This document shows positions 48,332 to 61,500 of a DNA stretch of 64,000 bases, one piece after another. Positions within the stretch are counted from its first letter, which is position 1; each line of letters opens with the position of its first letter. This DNA is from an uncultured Acidobacteriota bacterium (GTDB lineage: Bacteria > Acidobacteriota > Thermoanaerobaculia > Gp7-AA8). The position numbers and the translations under genes were made by a program. A model generated the notes under the pieces. The model saw only the letters and a program-made list of their open reading frames with translations, was not told the origin of the DNA and did no database searches. The stretch covers positions 32,001 to 96,000 of the forward strand of contig CAVUKB010000009.1 in NCBI GenBank assembly GCA_963741955.1, given 5' to 3'.

Positions 48332-50314
48332 ATGCGCCGAATCACATCTGTCCTGGCGACGGTCGTCATGATCGCCCTGAGCGGCAGTGTTCTTGCCCAG
48401 ACTCTGAGCAATGACGACTGCCTCCAGTGTCACCAGGACAACTCGCTCACCAAAGAAGTCAACGGCAAAGCCGTCAGCGTGCACGTCGATCCTTCCCGCT
48501 TCAACGGATCCGTGCACGGAGTCCTCGGCTGCACCGACTGTCACTCGGATATCACGGACTACCCGCATCCCGAAAAGGTGGCGAAAGTCGATTGCGCCAA
48601 CTGTCATCCCGACTCGGTGGCGACGTACGAGAAGAGCGTGCACTTCGTTGCCATCGAGAAGGGTGACCAGAAGGCTGCGACCTGCTCGAGCTGTCATGGG
48701 GCCGCGCACGAGATCCTTCCTTCCAGCGATCCCGGCTCGCGCGTCTATCGGACCAACCTTCCGGAGACATGCGGCAGCTGCCACGGCGTGAAGTTCGTCA
48801 TGGAAGGCTCGGGCTTCAGCGTGCAGCCGTTCTTCTCCTACCGCGAATCGGTTCACGGTCGCGCGGTGGCGAAAGGCTCGATGGCCGCGGCGATCTGTAC
48901 CGACTGCCACGGTGGTCACGACATCCTTCCTCCCAACGACCCGAAATCGTCGATCTTCAAATTCAATGTCCCGACCACCTGCGGCAAATGCCACGAGCAC
49001 ATCTCGCAGGAGTACCTTGCGAGCGTCCACGGGAAAGCGGTGGCACGGGGCAACTGGCAGGCGCCGGTCTGCACCGACTGTCACGGCATTCACGCCATCA
49101 AGAACCCGGTCGATCCGGCTTCCTCGGTCACGGCGAAGGCGGTGGCCCGGACCACGTGCGCGCAATGCCATTCGGGCGTTCGTCTGAGCCAGGAGTACGG
49201 CCTTCCCGGCAAGCGTGTCAGCACATACGAAGCGAGCTACCACGGCCTGGCCAACCAGCTCGGCTACACCGTGGCGGCGAACTGCGCGAGTTGCCACGGC
49301 ATCCACAACATTCTTCCTTCTTCCGATCCGAAGTCCACCATCAACAAGGCCAATCTCACGAAGACGTGCGGAAGCTGCCACCCCGGTGCGAACCAGAAGT
49401 TCGTCGAAGGAACCATCCACATCGAGGCCCCTGGAGCGACCGACGTCGGCTCCGTCGCGGTGAAGTGGATCCGGTACTTCTATCTCTGGATGATCGCCCT
49501 GGTCATCGGCGGAATGGTGCTGCACAACCTGATCCTCTGGATCAGCAAGATGCGCGCGATGCGCAGGAACACCGAGCGGACGGTCGTCCGGATGAACCGC
49601 ACTCAGCGCATCCAGCACTTCCTCCTCCTCACCAGCTTCATCATCCTCGTCTTCACCGGGTTTGCGCTCGCCTATCCCGAGTCGTGGGTTGCGTGGCTTC
49701 TCGGATCGAGCGAACCGCTTCGCAGGAATCTGCATCGCGTCGCCGGAACTCTGATGATCGTGGTCGGCCTCTACCACGTCGGATACATGATCATGACTCG
49801 GGAAGGACGGAAGGGAATCCGGGACTTCCTCCCGAATCTCCAGGACCTTCGCGACGTCGTGGCCGTGCTGATGTACTACCTCGGCTTTTCGAAGAACCGT
49901 CCCCAGTTCGGCCGGTTCAACTACGCCGAGAAGGCTGAGTACTGGGCGCTGATCTGGGGCACCATCGTGATGGCAGCGACCGGCCTGATGATGTGGTACA
50001 AAGTCATCGTCGGGAACCTGATCCCGCGCTGGTGGATCGACATCGCGACGGCGGTCCACTTCTACGAGGCCATCCTCGCCACGCTGGCGATCGTGGTCTG
50101 GCATTTCTATCAGGTGATCTTCGACCCCGAGGTCTACCCCATGAATTGGGCCTGGTTCGATGGTCGCATGTCGCGAGAGCACTTTCAGCACGAGCATGGG
50201 CGCGCCTGGAAAGAGATGGAAGAAGAGAGAGTCGCAGAGGAAGAAGGACGGCAAGCCTCCGGTACTCTGACGACGAAGCACGGAGGCGGCGAAGAGCCGA
50301 TCGCTCCGAAGTGA
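48332..50314 (+). CDS. CbcL-like multiheme cytochrome c (11 CxxCH) fused to a cytochrome b membrane domain
   Basis: Signal peptide, 11 CxxCH counted, then RIQH, LHRVAG, YHVGY, FNYAEKAEYWALIWG, VHFYEAILATLAIVVWHFY. Confidence 0.9.
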   Translation: MRRITSVLATVVMIALSGSVLAQTLSNDDCLQCHQDNSLTKEVNGKAVSVHVDPSRFNGSVHGVLGCTDCHSDITDYPHPEKVAKVDCANCHPDSVATYEKSVHFVAIEKGDQKAATCSSCHGAAHEILPSSDPGSRVYRTNLPETCGSCHGVKFVMEGSGFSVQPFFSYRESVHGRAVAKGSMAAAICTDCHGGHDILPPNDPKSSIFKFNVPTTCGKCHEHISQEYLASVHGKAVARGNWQAPVCTDCHGIHAIKNPVDPASSVTAKAVARTTCAQCHSGVRLSQEYGLPGKRVSTYEASYHGLANQLGYTVAANCASCHGIHNILPSSDPKSTINKANLTKTCGSCHPGANQKFVEGTIHIEAPGATDVGSVAVKWIRYFYLWMIALVIGGMVLHNLILWISKMRAMRRNTERTVVRMNRTQRIQHFLLLTSFIILVFTGFALAYPESWVAWLLGSSEPLRRNLHRVAGTLMIVVGLYHVGYMIMTREGRKGIRDFLPNLQDLRDVVAVLMYYLGFSKNRPQFGRFNYAEKAEYWALIWGTIVMAATGLMMWYKVIVGNLIPRWWIDIATAVHFYEAILATLAIVVWHFYQVIFDPEVYPMNWAWFDGRMSREHFQHEHGRAWKEMEEERVAEEEGRQASGTLTTKHGGGEEPIAPK

Positions 50315-50404
50315 GATGCATCCTGGCAGGGGTGTATCTGTCGTAGTGGCCGAACAGGGAGGGCGGATTCCGTCCCGAGACGATACTCGAGCAGGAGTTT
50401 TTTG

Positions 50405-51916
50405 ATGGCAGAGAAGCAGACGAACGGCAGTCTCATTCGTAACCCGATCAGTCTGATCGGACTACTCATCGCGCTGGTCAGCCTCGCGAATATCCTCTTT
50501 CTGGTCTACGTAGAAGTCAGCGGCATCGAATCGAAGCCGTACATCGGCGTCCTGGCTTACATGGTCATGCCGGGAGTGATGGGCTTCGGTCTCGTCGTCG
50601 TCCTCGCGGGGATGCTCTGGGAAAGACGGAGACGGCACCATCTCGCTCCCGGCGAAGTGACCCGTTTCCCGAGGCTCGACCTGAATGACCCGCGGACCCG
50701 CCGGAACGTCTTCCTCTCCGTCGCCGGCGCCGCGATCTTCATCTTCATCAGCACCATGGGCAGCTATCAGGCGTACGAATACACCGATTCGGTGAAATTC
50801 TGCGGTCAGCTCTGCCACGGAGTGATGAATCCCGAATACACGGCTTATCTTCAGTCGCCGCACGCGCGCGTCGCCTGCGTCGAATGCCACGTCGGCCCGG
50901 GCGCGGGGTGGTACGTCCGCTCGAAGCTCTCCGGCGCGTACCAGGTCTACGCGACCGTCCTCAACAAATTCCCGCGGCCGATCCCGACTCCGGTCGAGAA
51001 TCTCCGTCCCGCTCAGCAGACGTGCGAGCAGTGCCACTGGCCGGAGAAGTTCTGGGGCGCGCAGCTGAAGGTCTTCAACCACTTCGGCTACGATGAGCAG
51101 AACACTCCGCGCGAAGTGCAGCTCCTGATCAAGACCGGCGGCGGAAGCCCGACCGGTGGCCTCACCGCCGGTATCCACTGGCACATGAACATCGCCAACG
51201 AGATCACCTACGTCGCGACCGATGCTCAGCGGCAGACGATTCCGTGGGTTCAGCTCCGGGACCGGAAAACCGGAAAGACCGTCGTCTACGTGGCGAAGGA
51301 TTCGGAAGTCAAGCCCGAACAGCTCGCGCAGATGCCGAAGCGCGTGATGGACTGCATCGACTGCCACAACCGCCCCACGCACATCTACGTCCCTCCCGAC
51401 CAGTCGGTCGACCGGGCCATGCTCGCAGGGCGGATCGCCCCCGATCTTCCGTTCATCAAACAGCAGGTGGTCGACGCACTGAGCGCGTCATACAACACCA
51501 CCCCCGAGGCGGTTCAGTCGATCGCGAAGAAGATGAACGACTACTACCAGACCACGTATCCTCAGATCTACGGTTCGAAGAAGGCCGAGATCGACCGCGC
51601 GGTCGCCACCACTCAGGACATCTTCCAGAAGACCATCTTCCCGGAAATGAAAGTGGACTGGAAGGTTCATCCGAACAACGTGGGTCATCTCTATTACAAG
51701 GGGTGCTTCCGCTGCCACGACGACCAGCACGTGAGCTCGGATGGAAAGGTCATCACCAAGGCATGCAACTCGTGCCATACCGTGCTCGAGCAGCGGGAGA
51801 AGGACGTCCTCATGGTCCAGGAGCCGTCCAAGCCCTTCGAGCACCCGGTCGACCTCGGAGACCTGACCGACTACGTCTGTGCCGACTGCCACACCGGCGG
51901 CGGCTCACCCGGATGA
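50405..51916 (+). CDS. ImcH-like NapC/NirT family heptaheme cytochrome c
   Basis: 3 N-terminal TM helices, FCGQLCH plus 6 CxxCH, NLRPA..TCEQCHWP, GIHWH, FPEMKVDW. Confidence 0.9.
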   Translation: MAEKQTNGSLIRNPISLIGLLIALVSLANILFLVYVEVSGIESKPYIGVLAYMVMPGVMGFGLVVVLAGMLWERRRRHHLAPGEVTRFPRLDLNDPRTRRNVFLSVAGAAIFIFISTMGSYQAYEYTDSVKFCGQLCHGVMNPEYTAYLQSPHARVACVECHVGPGAGWYVRSKLSGAYQVYATVLNKFPRPIPTPVENLRPAQQTCEQCHWPEKFWGAQLKVFNHFGYDEQNTPREVQLLIKTGGGSPTGGLTAGIHWHMNIANEITYVATDAQRQTIPWVQLRDRKTGKTVVYVAKDSEVKPEQLAQMPKRVMDCIDCHNRPTHIYVPPDQSVDRAMLAGRIAPDLPFIKQQVVDALSASYNTTPEAVQSIAKKMNDYYQTTYPQIYGSKKAEIDRAVATTQDIFQKTIFPEMKVDWKVHPNNVGHLYYKGCFRCHDDQHVSSDGKVITKACNSCHTVLEQREKDVLMVQEPSKPFEHPVDLGDLTDYVCADCHTGGGSPG

Positions 51917-51924
51917 GGAAAGCA

Positions 51925-51996
51925 TCGAGGATCTACGATCTAGAATCTAGGATCTGAAAAGCATCTAGGATCTGGGATCTAGGATCGAGGATCTGA
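51925..51996. repeat. Degenerate heptamer repeat (GATCTAG-like)
   Basis: GATCTAC GATCTAG AATCTAG GATCTGA ... GATCTGG GATCTAG GATCGAG directly after stop codon. Confidence 0.75.
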
Positions 51997-52075
51997 ACGG
52001 CATCGATGATTTGAGATCAGACGTCCCGGCGTGATGGTTCAGCACGGGCCTCCTTCGGGAGGCCCGTTCGGTCCG

Positions 52076-52250
52076 GGGGTGCGGATCCTCCGATCCGCCG
52101 CGAGGATCGGGTTGTACGCGAGGAAAGCGGCGGATGAAGGGCGAGCGCGGAGCGTCGGTCCCGCAACCGCGCCGGATGCAGACGCTGCTTCGCTTCTGCC
52201 ACCGGCATCGTCTCGGTCCGCTCGGAACGCGATTCGCGCGGCGCTCCCCA
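52076..52250 (-). repeat. Diverged REPIN family B unit, inverted
   Basis: GGGGGTGCGGATCCTCCGATCCGCCGCGAGGATCG; reverse complement contains GGCAGAAGCGAAGC...CCGACGCTCCGCGCT as in 14718 units. Confidence 0.75.
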
Positions 52251-52786
52251 CGGGCGCGGAGATTGCCGGCCGGTTGTTTCCGTTCGTCACTCGGAGCGGT
52301 GACGCACGTCATAGGGAAACTCCCAAGCCCCCTCTATAACTGTTTTCGGAACGCGAGTTCTTTGAATTTTGATCTGATTTCAGGTTTGGAGGGCTGGACC
52401 TCTCGGATGCCTGCACCCACGGTCGGATGACGAATCGTTCTCTCGATCATGGTGGCGCTCCTGCTCGTACTCTCCATCCGCCGGATCTCACGCCGTCGAA
52501 GCGCAGCATCAGCCCGGTTTACTCGGAGATGCCTCCTCCTTTCTGCGAGGCTGATGCGACGCTCGGTGGAATGCCGTTCACGATGGTTCGATCCGGTTTG
52601 TTCGTCGCGTTCCTGCCGCGACGGACCAAGCAAGTCGCCCTGCTTGTGATGACGACTCTCGGTCACCTTGCCACCTTTCGTGCTCTGAAAAGGACCATGG
52701 TTCCGGTCAACGAGCTCGCGGCGCCACTCGTCCTTCGACAGCAGGTATTCGAATCCAGCCCTCCGATTTACCTCCTTTTCTCTCGA

Positions 52787-52816
52787 GCCGCGCGGCCCTT
52801 CGCGCGGCTTTTTTTT
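52787..52816 (+). terminator. Terminator-like hairpin upstream of PFOR promoter
   Basis: AGCCGCGCG-GCCCTT-CGCGCGGCT-TTTTTT. Confidence 0.7.
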
Positions 52817-52889
52817 GTCCGCCGGACAGCCGCTCACCCCTCCTTCTCTCCGAAGGCGCCGGAATGTCTCTTACCGGTGCCGGAACTCG

Positions 52890-52927
52890 TGTGATTGGAG
52901 TCACATCGGCACTTGACCGGAGTCATA
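52890..52927. promoter_or_regulatory. Tandem Crp-type boxes upstream of PFOR
   Basis: TGTGATTGGAGTCACA at 52890 and CTTGACCGGAGTCATA at 52912, followed by TATAGT -10-like hexamer. Confidence 0.72.
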
Positions 52928-52980
52928 ACTGCGGCGGACGAGCGGTCCTATAGTGCGAATCAGAGCGGAAAGGAATCCAA

Positions 52981-56682
<3,702 letters not shown>

Positions 56683-56712
56683 ACATCGCCCCTTCCTGCT
56701 CGCTGCACCGGG

Positions 56713-56742
56713 ACCGGCGCCTGAAAGGGCGCCGGTTTTTTT
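56713..56742 (+). terminator. Intrinsic terminator
   Basis: ACCGGCGCC-TGAAAG-GGCGCCGGT-TTTTTT. Confidence 0.85.
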
Positions 56743-56789
56743 CGCGGGGTGTGAAGGCGGCGGAGTCCCGGAGGAACCGCCGTATCCGA

Positions 56790-56837
56790 GGAGCGCCGGC
56801 TTCCAGCCGGCTGCGGTCAGGCCTCCGCGCCTGACCG
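56790..56837. repeat. REP-like double hairpin (family E)
   Basis: GGAGC-GCCGGCT-TCC-AGCCGGC then GGTCAGGC..GCCTGACC. Confidence 0.6.
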
Positions 56838-57069
56838 GGGAGCTCGAGACACGGACGGCCGCAGATTTCCTGAATGATCGACTGCTTCATGGCCATTCGC
56901 ACACAAGAGATTCCGGCGCGCACCATGGACATCCGCGTCGTCACCGTTCAATATTCGCTCGGTGTCACGAGGCTCCGTCTACTCCCACTCGTGTTCGACC
57001 GGATCCTCGACGAGAGCGAGATCTTGGCGTAAGTCCCAGTGCCGTGGGCACGGTTGACAATTGCCCCAG

Positions 57070-57162
57070 GTCGCATCGGAAGCGCGGCTCCCGCCCATCG
57101 CCGCGCGAGGTGAGGTAGAAGAGAGCGCCGGGGGGGAACTCGAGGCGACGCGGTTGCGACAA
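57070..57162 (-). pseudogene. N-terminal remnant of a Y1/RAYT transposase
   Basis: LSQPRRLEFPPGALFYLTSRGDGREPRF resembles the MARPLRIEFPGALYHVTSRG.R..IF start typical of these transposases. Confidence 0.6.
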
Positions 57163-57449
57163 GGTCCGAGGATACCTCGGTGTTCGCGAGATACTGAGAG
57201 TCCTACTTTTCGTAGAATCCATCCGACCACGAACGCCTGCGGGAGGCCGTCCGGTAAGCCAGCAGCCGGTGTCGTACAGTGTCGCGCGGCAAGCGATCCG
57301 GCGAAGTAGACTTAGGACCGAGGGTCGAGAGGAAGGTCTGACCGAAGCTTGGGTTCCGTCCGCGTTCGAGGACTTCACCGGTTCGGCAGAGTAGCGCCGC
57401 TATTTTGTCGAGAGGGTAGGGAAAAGGCGGTCTCAGACACTCCTCTAAC

Positions 57450-57857
57450 ATGACGCCACAAACACTACGCCGAATTGCCCGAAAATACCTTCTCGACTGC
57501 TTTCGTCATGGGACCGCCGTTCGCGCCTCCGAGCTGGCCTCGCAGATCGGAACCTCGCCGTCGCAGCTCAGTCGATTGTTCGCAATGTCTGGGCTCGGAG
57601 CTCCTTCCGCTTACCTGAAGGGCCATCAGCGACGGCGGGCGTTCGCGCTCGTTCACAGGACGACGCTCCCTGCGCACATCGTCGCACTCCGAAGCGGCTT
57701 TGGGACTCCCCGGACCTTCCAGCGAGTCAGGGAAGCGTACCGAAAATCGTGTGGCGGTTGCGATGCGGGTTGTCAAGAAATGTCGCTCGACAGGTGCTGG
57801 TGTGGCTTGATAAAGTCCGCGCCCAAATTCGACCTGTCTTCACAAAGACGTCGTTGA
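57450..57857 (+). CDS. Stand-alone AraC-type HTH protein (no sensor domain)
   Basis: ELASQIGTSPSQLSRLF...PSAYL...A..L...T.LP...VALRSGFGTPRTFQR. Confidence 0.78.
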   Translation: MTPQTLRRIARKYLLDCFRHGTAVRASELASQIGTSPSQLSRLFAMSGLGAPSAYLKGHQRRRAFALVHRTTLPAHIVALRSGFGTPRTFQRVREAYRKSCGGCDAGCQEMSLDRCWCGLIKSAPKFDLSSQRRR

Positions 57858-57906
57858 TCCCGATCTCGCAGATCTCGATTTCACGATCGTGCCAAGGAGA
57901 GAACCA

Positions 57907-58530
57907 ATGCGCCGTTTCGCGCTCATCCCGACGATCTTCTTCATACTCCTGACTCCTTCGATGGCCTCGGCGGTCGGAATCGAGTTCTCCGATTCGGATC
58001 TGATCGTCACCGGGGTCACTCCCGGCGGCTCCGTCAGCGTCTTCGGAGAGGAAAGTGAGCCGAAGACCTACTGGACGAACTTCGTCCGGAAAGACGAGTT
58101 CCTCTCCGACGCCGACGCCGACGGAGTCGTTCGGCTGGAGGGAGTCGTCCTTCCGAAGTCGGTCTGGGTTGCCGTCGACCTGACGACCGGGGACTACGCG
58201 GTCGCATCACCTCCGGGATTTCCGCTGCAGCGATTCGATCTTCCAGGGAACGCGCTCGAACAGGGTGCTCCAGGTCAGTTCAACAAGCTCCGAAAGGAAA
58301 TCAACTTCGCCGAGATCTTCTGGTGCCGCCCAGGGGTTGGAGCATGGAAGGCGACGGCCGGGGACGACGGCGAGACGGACGAAGACGGCGCAGCCGACGG
58401 CAAAATCGAAATCTCGCCCGCGGGGTTCACGGGCCCGAGTCCGGCCCCTCAGCACTTCCAGCGCGGTGACGTGATCGCTCTCATACACCCCTACACTCTC
58501 CAGGTCTTCGTGACGAAGGTGGGACGATGA
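57907..58530 (+). CDS. Secreted hypothetical protein coupled to Rhs gene
   Basis: Signal peptide (ASA), AAGGAG RBS, DADADG and DGAADG loops, ATGA overlap with Rhs. Confidence 0.85.
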   Translation: MRRFALIPTIFFILLTPSMASAVGIEFSDSDLIVTGVTPGGSVSVFGEESEPKTYWTNFVRKDEFLSDADADGVVRLEGVVLPKSVWVAVDLTTGDYAVASPPGFPLQRFDLPGNALEQGAPGQFNKLRKEINFAEIFWCRPGVGAWKATAGDDGETDEDGAADGKIEISPAGFTGPSPAPQHFQRGDVIALIHPYTLQVFVTKVGR

Positions 58531-61500
58531 AGAAGTCGAGCCTCCTCCTCCTCGCGCTCCTCGCATTCGCCGTGGCGCTGCACGCGCAACAACATCCCAA
58601 CGTGCAACAGGGGTTCAAGGCGAACAACGCGTTCTCCAGCTTCGGTCCCGACAGCGTCAACGAATTCAACGGGAATCTCGTGATCACGATCCCGATCGGT
58701 CAGTCGTATCCCCTGTCGGAGAACTTCAGTTACGCGATCACTCTGACCTACAATTCGAACGTCTGGGATTTCGTGACTCGCGATTACACGTACACGCAGG
58801 CGCTCCCCTGCGTTCGCTGCAACGCGGGGTTCGGCTGGCTCGTGAGTCTCGGGCGCATCGTGAAGCCGGGAGACGTGTTGAACAACACGAACGGCTGGCA
58901 CCTCATCGATCCAAGCGGCGCGTGGCACGAATTCAAGTACGGGACTCTTCATGGCGAGGCTGCATCGGGAAGCCTTTGGTACACTAGAGATTCGACCTAC
59001 ATGCGCATGGATGCCTCGAGCGTCACGAACGACGTCGAAATGCCCGACGGGACGATCGAGCACTACGACGAAAATGCCCGGCTCTCGGAGATTCGGGATC
59101 GTAGCGGGAATTGGGTTCGAATCGCCTACGACAACACCGACATCACCATGGCGACGCTCTGGACGATCACCGACTCGGCCGGCAGAACGCATTACGTTCA
59201 TTTCGAACTTGAGCCGTGGGAGACTTCCGGCTGGAAGTACATGGTGAGCGAGATCGACCTCGCCGGACCCCGGAACTCTCGCGCGAAATATCCTTTTGCG
59301 TACCAGGCCACCGGCGGATATGTTGCGCGCCACCGCGATGACAACGATCCGTTGACTTCAGCGAACATTCAGGTTCCCTACCTGGCGCAAGTGTCTCTTC
59401 CGGAGTCGAGCGCGGGAAGCTATCGCTTCTCATATCTTGGAAGCAACGGCGGCAATCTGGTCTGCACCCCCGACGTCGCGGCGTGCACCGCGGAGACGCC
59501 GTACTGCACGACCGAAGGCCAGACCGGCTGCCGTCTCAACGCGCCCTACCACGACCCCGAGGGATCGATTCGAACGATGACACTACCCACAGGAGGGTCG
59601 CTCGAGTACACGTACGAGATGTACACGTTCGGCGGAGACGAGCCAGGGAACATCACCCATCCCGACGGAGTCGGCTGGCGAATTGCCCGTGACGCTGCCG
59701 GACAGGAGATCGGACGCTGGCGGTATTCGCAGGCCCTGACCGGTCACGCCTCGGGAGGTCTGTTCATTCCTACACAATCACTGACCACGGTCACCGATCC
59801 GCAGGGAAACGAGCAGCTGTACTACTTCTGCGCGAAGCAGGGCGACTACGGGATGCCCTACACGCCCGACATCCCGGACGGCGAAGGACGGTATCTCTCG
59901 ACGGAAGCGAAGACGTGTGATACGTGCCCGCCGAAGAGACAAACCTTCGTCCGGTACGAATCGGACAGTGCAACGTACAATCATTCTCTCGCCGACGAAA
60001 AGACGATTTACAAAGACGACCCCGCGAACTGCACGACGAACTGCCGTTACTCGAGCGTTTCCCAGTCGCGCAACGACGGGTTCGGCCACTACCGGCAGAC
60101 GACGACCGGCGGCAACTTCGCCGGAAATAACATCGTGACCAAGGTCACCGACTACAACCCGGGATCACCGGACTACGCGTGGAATCAGGTGTTCACCAAA
60201 CCCGCCGACTCGACACCCTGGATCGTGGGGACCTTCGACCGGACGACCGTCAGCGACGGTACGCACACCCTGCGAAGAGACTTCTGTTTCGACGCGAACG
60301 GACTCCTGTCCCGGGTTCGGAACGTGAAAGACACTTCGCTCAACCCTGGAACTTCGGCGAACGACACCCTCGTTCTCACCCTGCGCGACGCGCTCGGCAA
60401 CCCGGCGACGATCCAGTTCTTCGGAGGCGACAACACGCCCATGTGGAGTGGAGACGCCTGCACGGGATCGTCGCTCGGAGAATCGCAGGAGTACGAGACC
60501 TGGCAGTACGGCGTGTTGAAACGCGTCGAGCTGGTCGACCGCTTCACCCAGTCCGCCACCGGAGTCTACCCTGTCGATCGCGACATCGATCCGAGCACGG
60601 GTCTCGTCCTAGTCTCCCGCGACGTCGCGGGCGTGAAGACGGAGTTCGGGTACGACGCCCTCGGCCGCGTCACGTTCATCCACCCCCGCGACGACGGCTG
60701 GACGAAAATCACCTACACCGCCGCCTCGGGAACGACCCTCGCCCGGGTCACCACCGCGACATACGCGAACGGCGCAACGAGCGGGACCGTCCTCTCTCAA
60801 TCCTGGAAGGAGTACGATCCGTTCGGCCGTCTACTGCGCGAGAGCTGGCCGGTTCCGAACAACAGCTGGTGGACCACGCGCACGTACGCGATGAATGCAT
60901 CGGGCTGGGTGACGAGCGTCACCGAGGCCAATCCAGGCGCGAGCGGCAGCTCGTTGACGACCTACGGGAACTTCGACATGTTCGGCCGGCCGGGAACCGT
61001 GACGCCGCCTGACGGCGCGGCCCACAACGTCTCGTTCACCTACGCCGGGATCAGCTCGGTCGTCGCGACGCGGACGATTGCCACCACGCGCAGCAGTGTC
61101 GGCACGATTCTCGAGTACCCGGCGGCGACCACCACCTGGTTCGACCGCTTCGGGCGCATCGCCCAGGTGACGGAGCCCTCCGGAACCGCCGGGTCCAACG
61201 TGACCACGACGTACGGCTACGACGTCGGGGGTCACCTCGCGTCCGTCTGCATAAACTCCGGCGGTTGCCAGACCCGCACGTTCTACTACGACGGGCGAGG
61301 GGACCTGATCAACGAGACCGAGCCCGAGCTCGGCCCCTCCGGGTTCGGGATGACGGCGTTCCTCTCGTACGATGCCCGGGGAAATCCCAGCCGGAGCATC
61401 ACCGGCTCGTCCGGCGGTCCCTTCGATCTCTGGACCAGCTACGACGGGCTCGGACGGGTCTCGCAGATCCGCGAGACCCGCTATACGAAGTTCGATTCAA

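Noticed and set aside
52334-52904. ORFs upstream of PFOR
   Set aside because: Competing frames with no motif or clear RBS; one spans a terminator hairpin.
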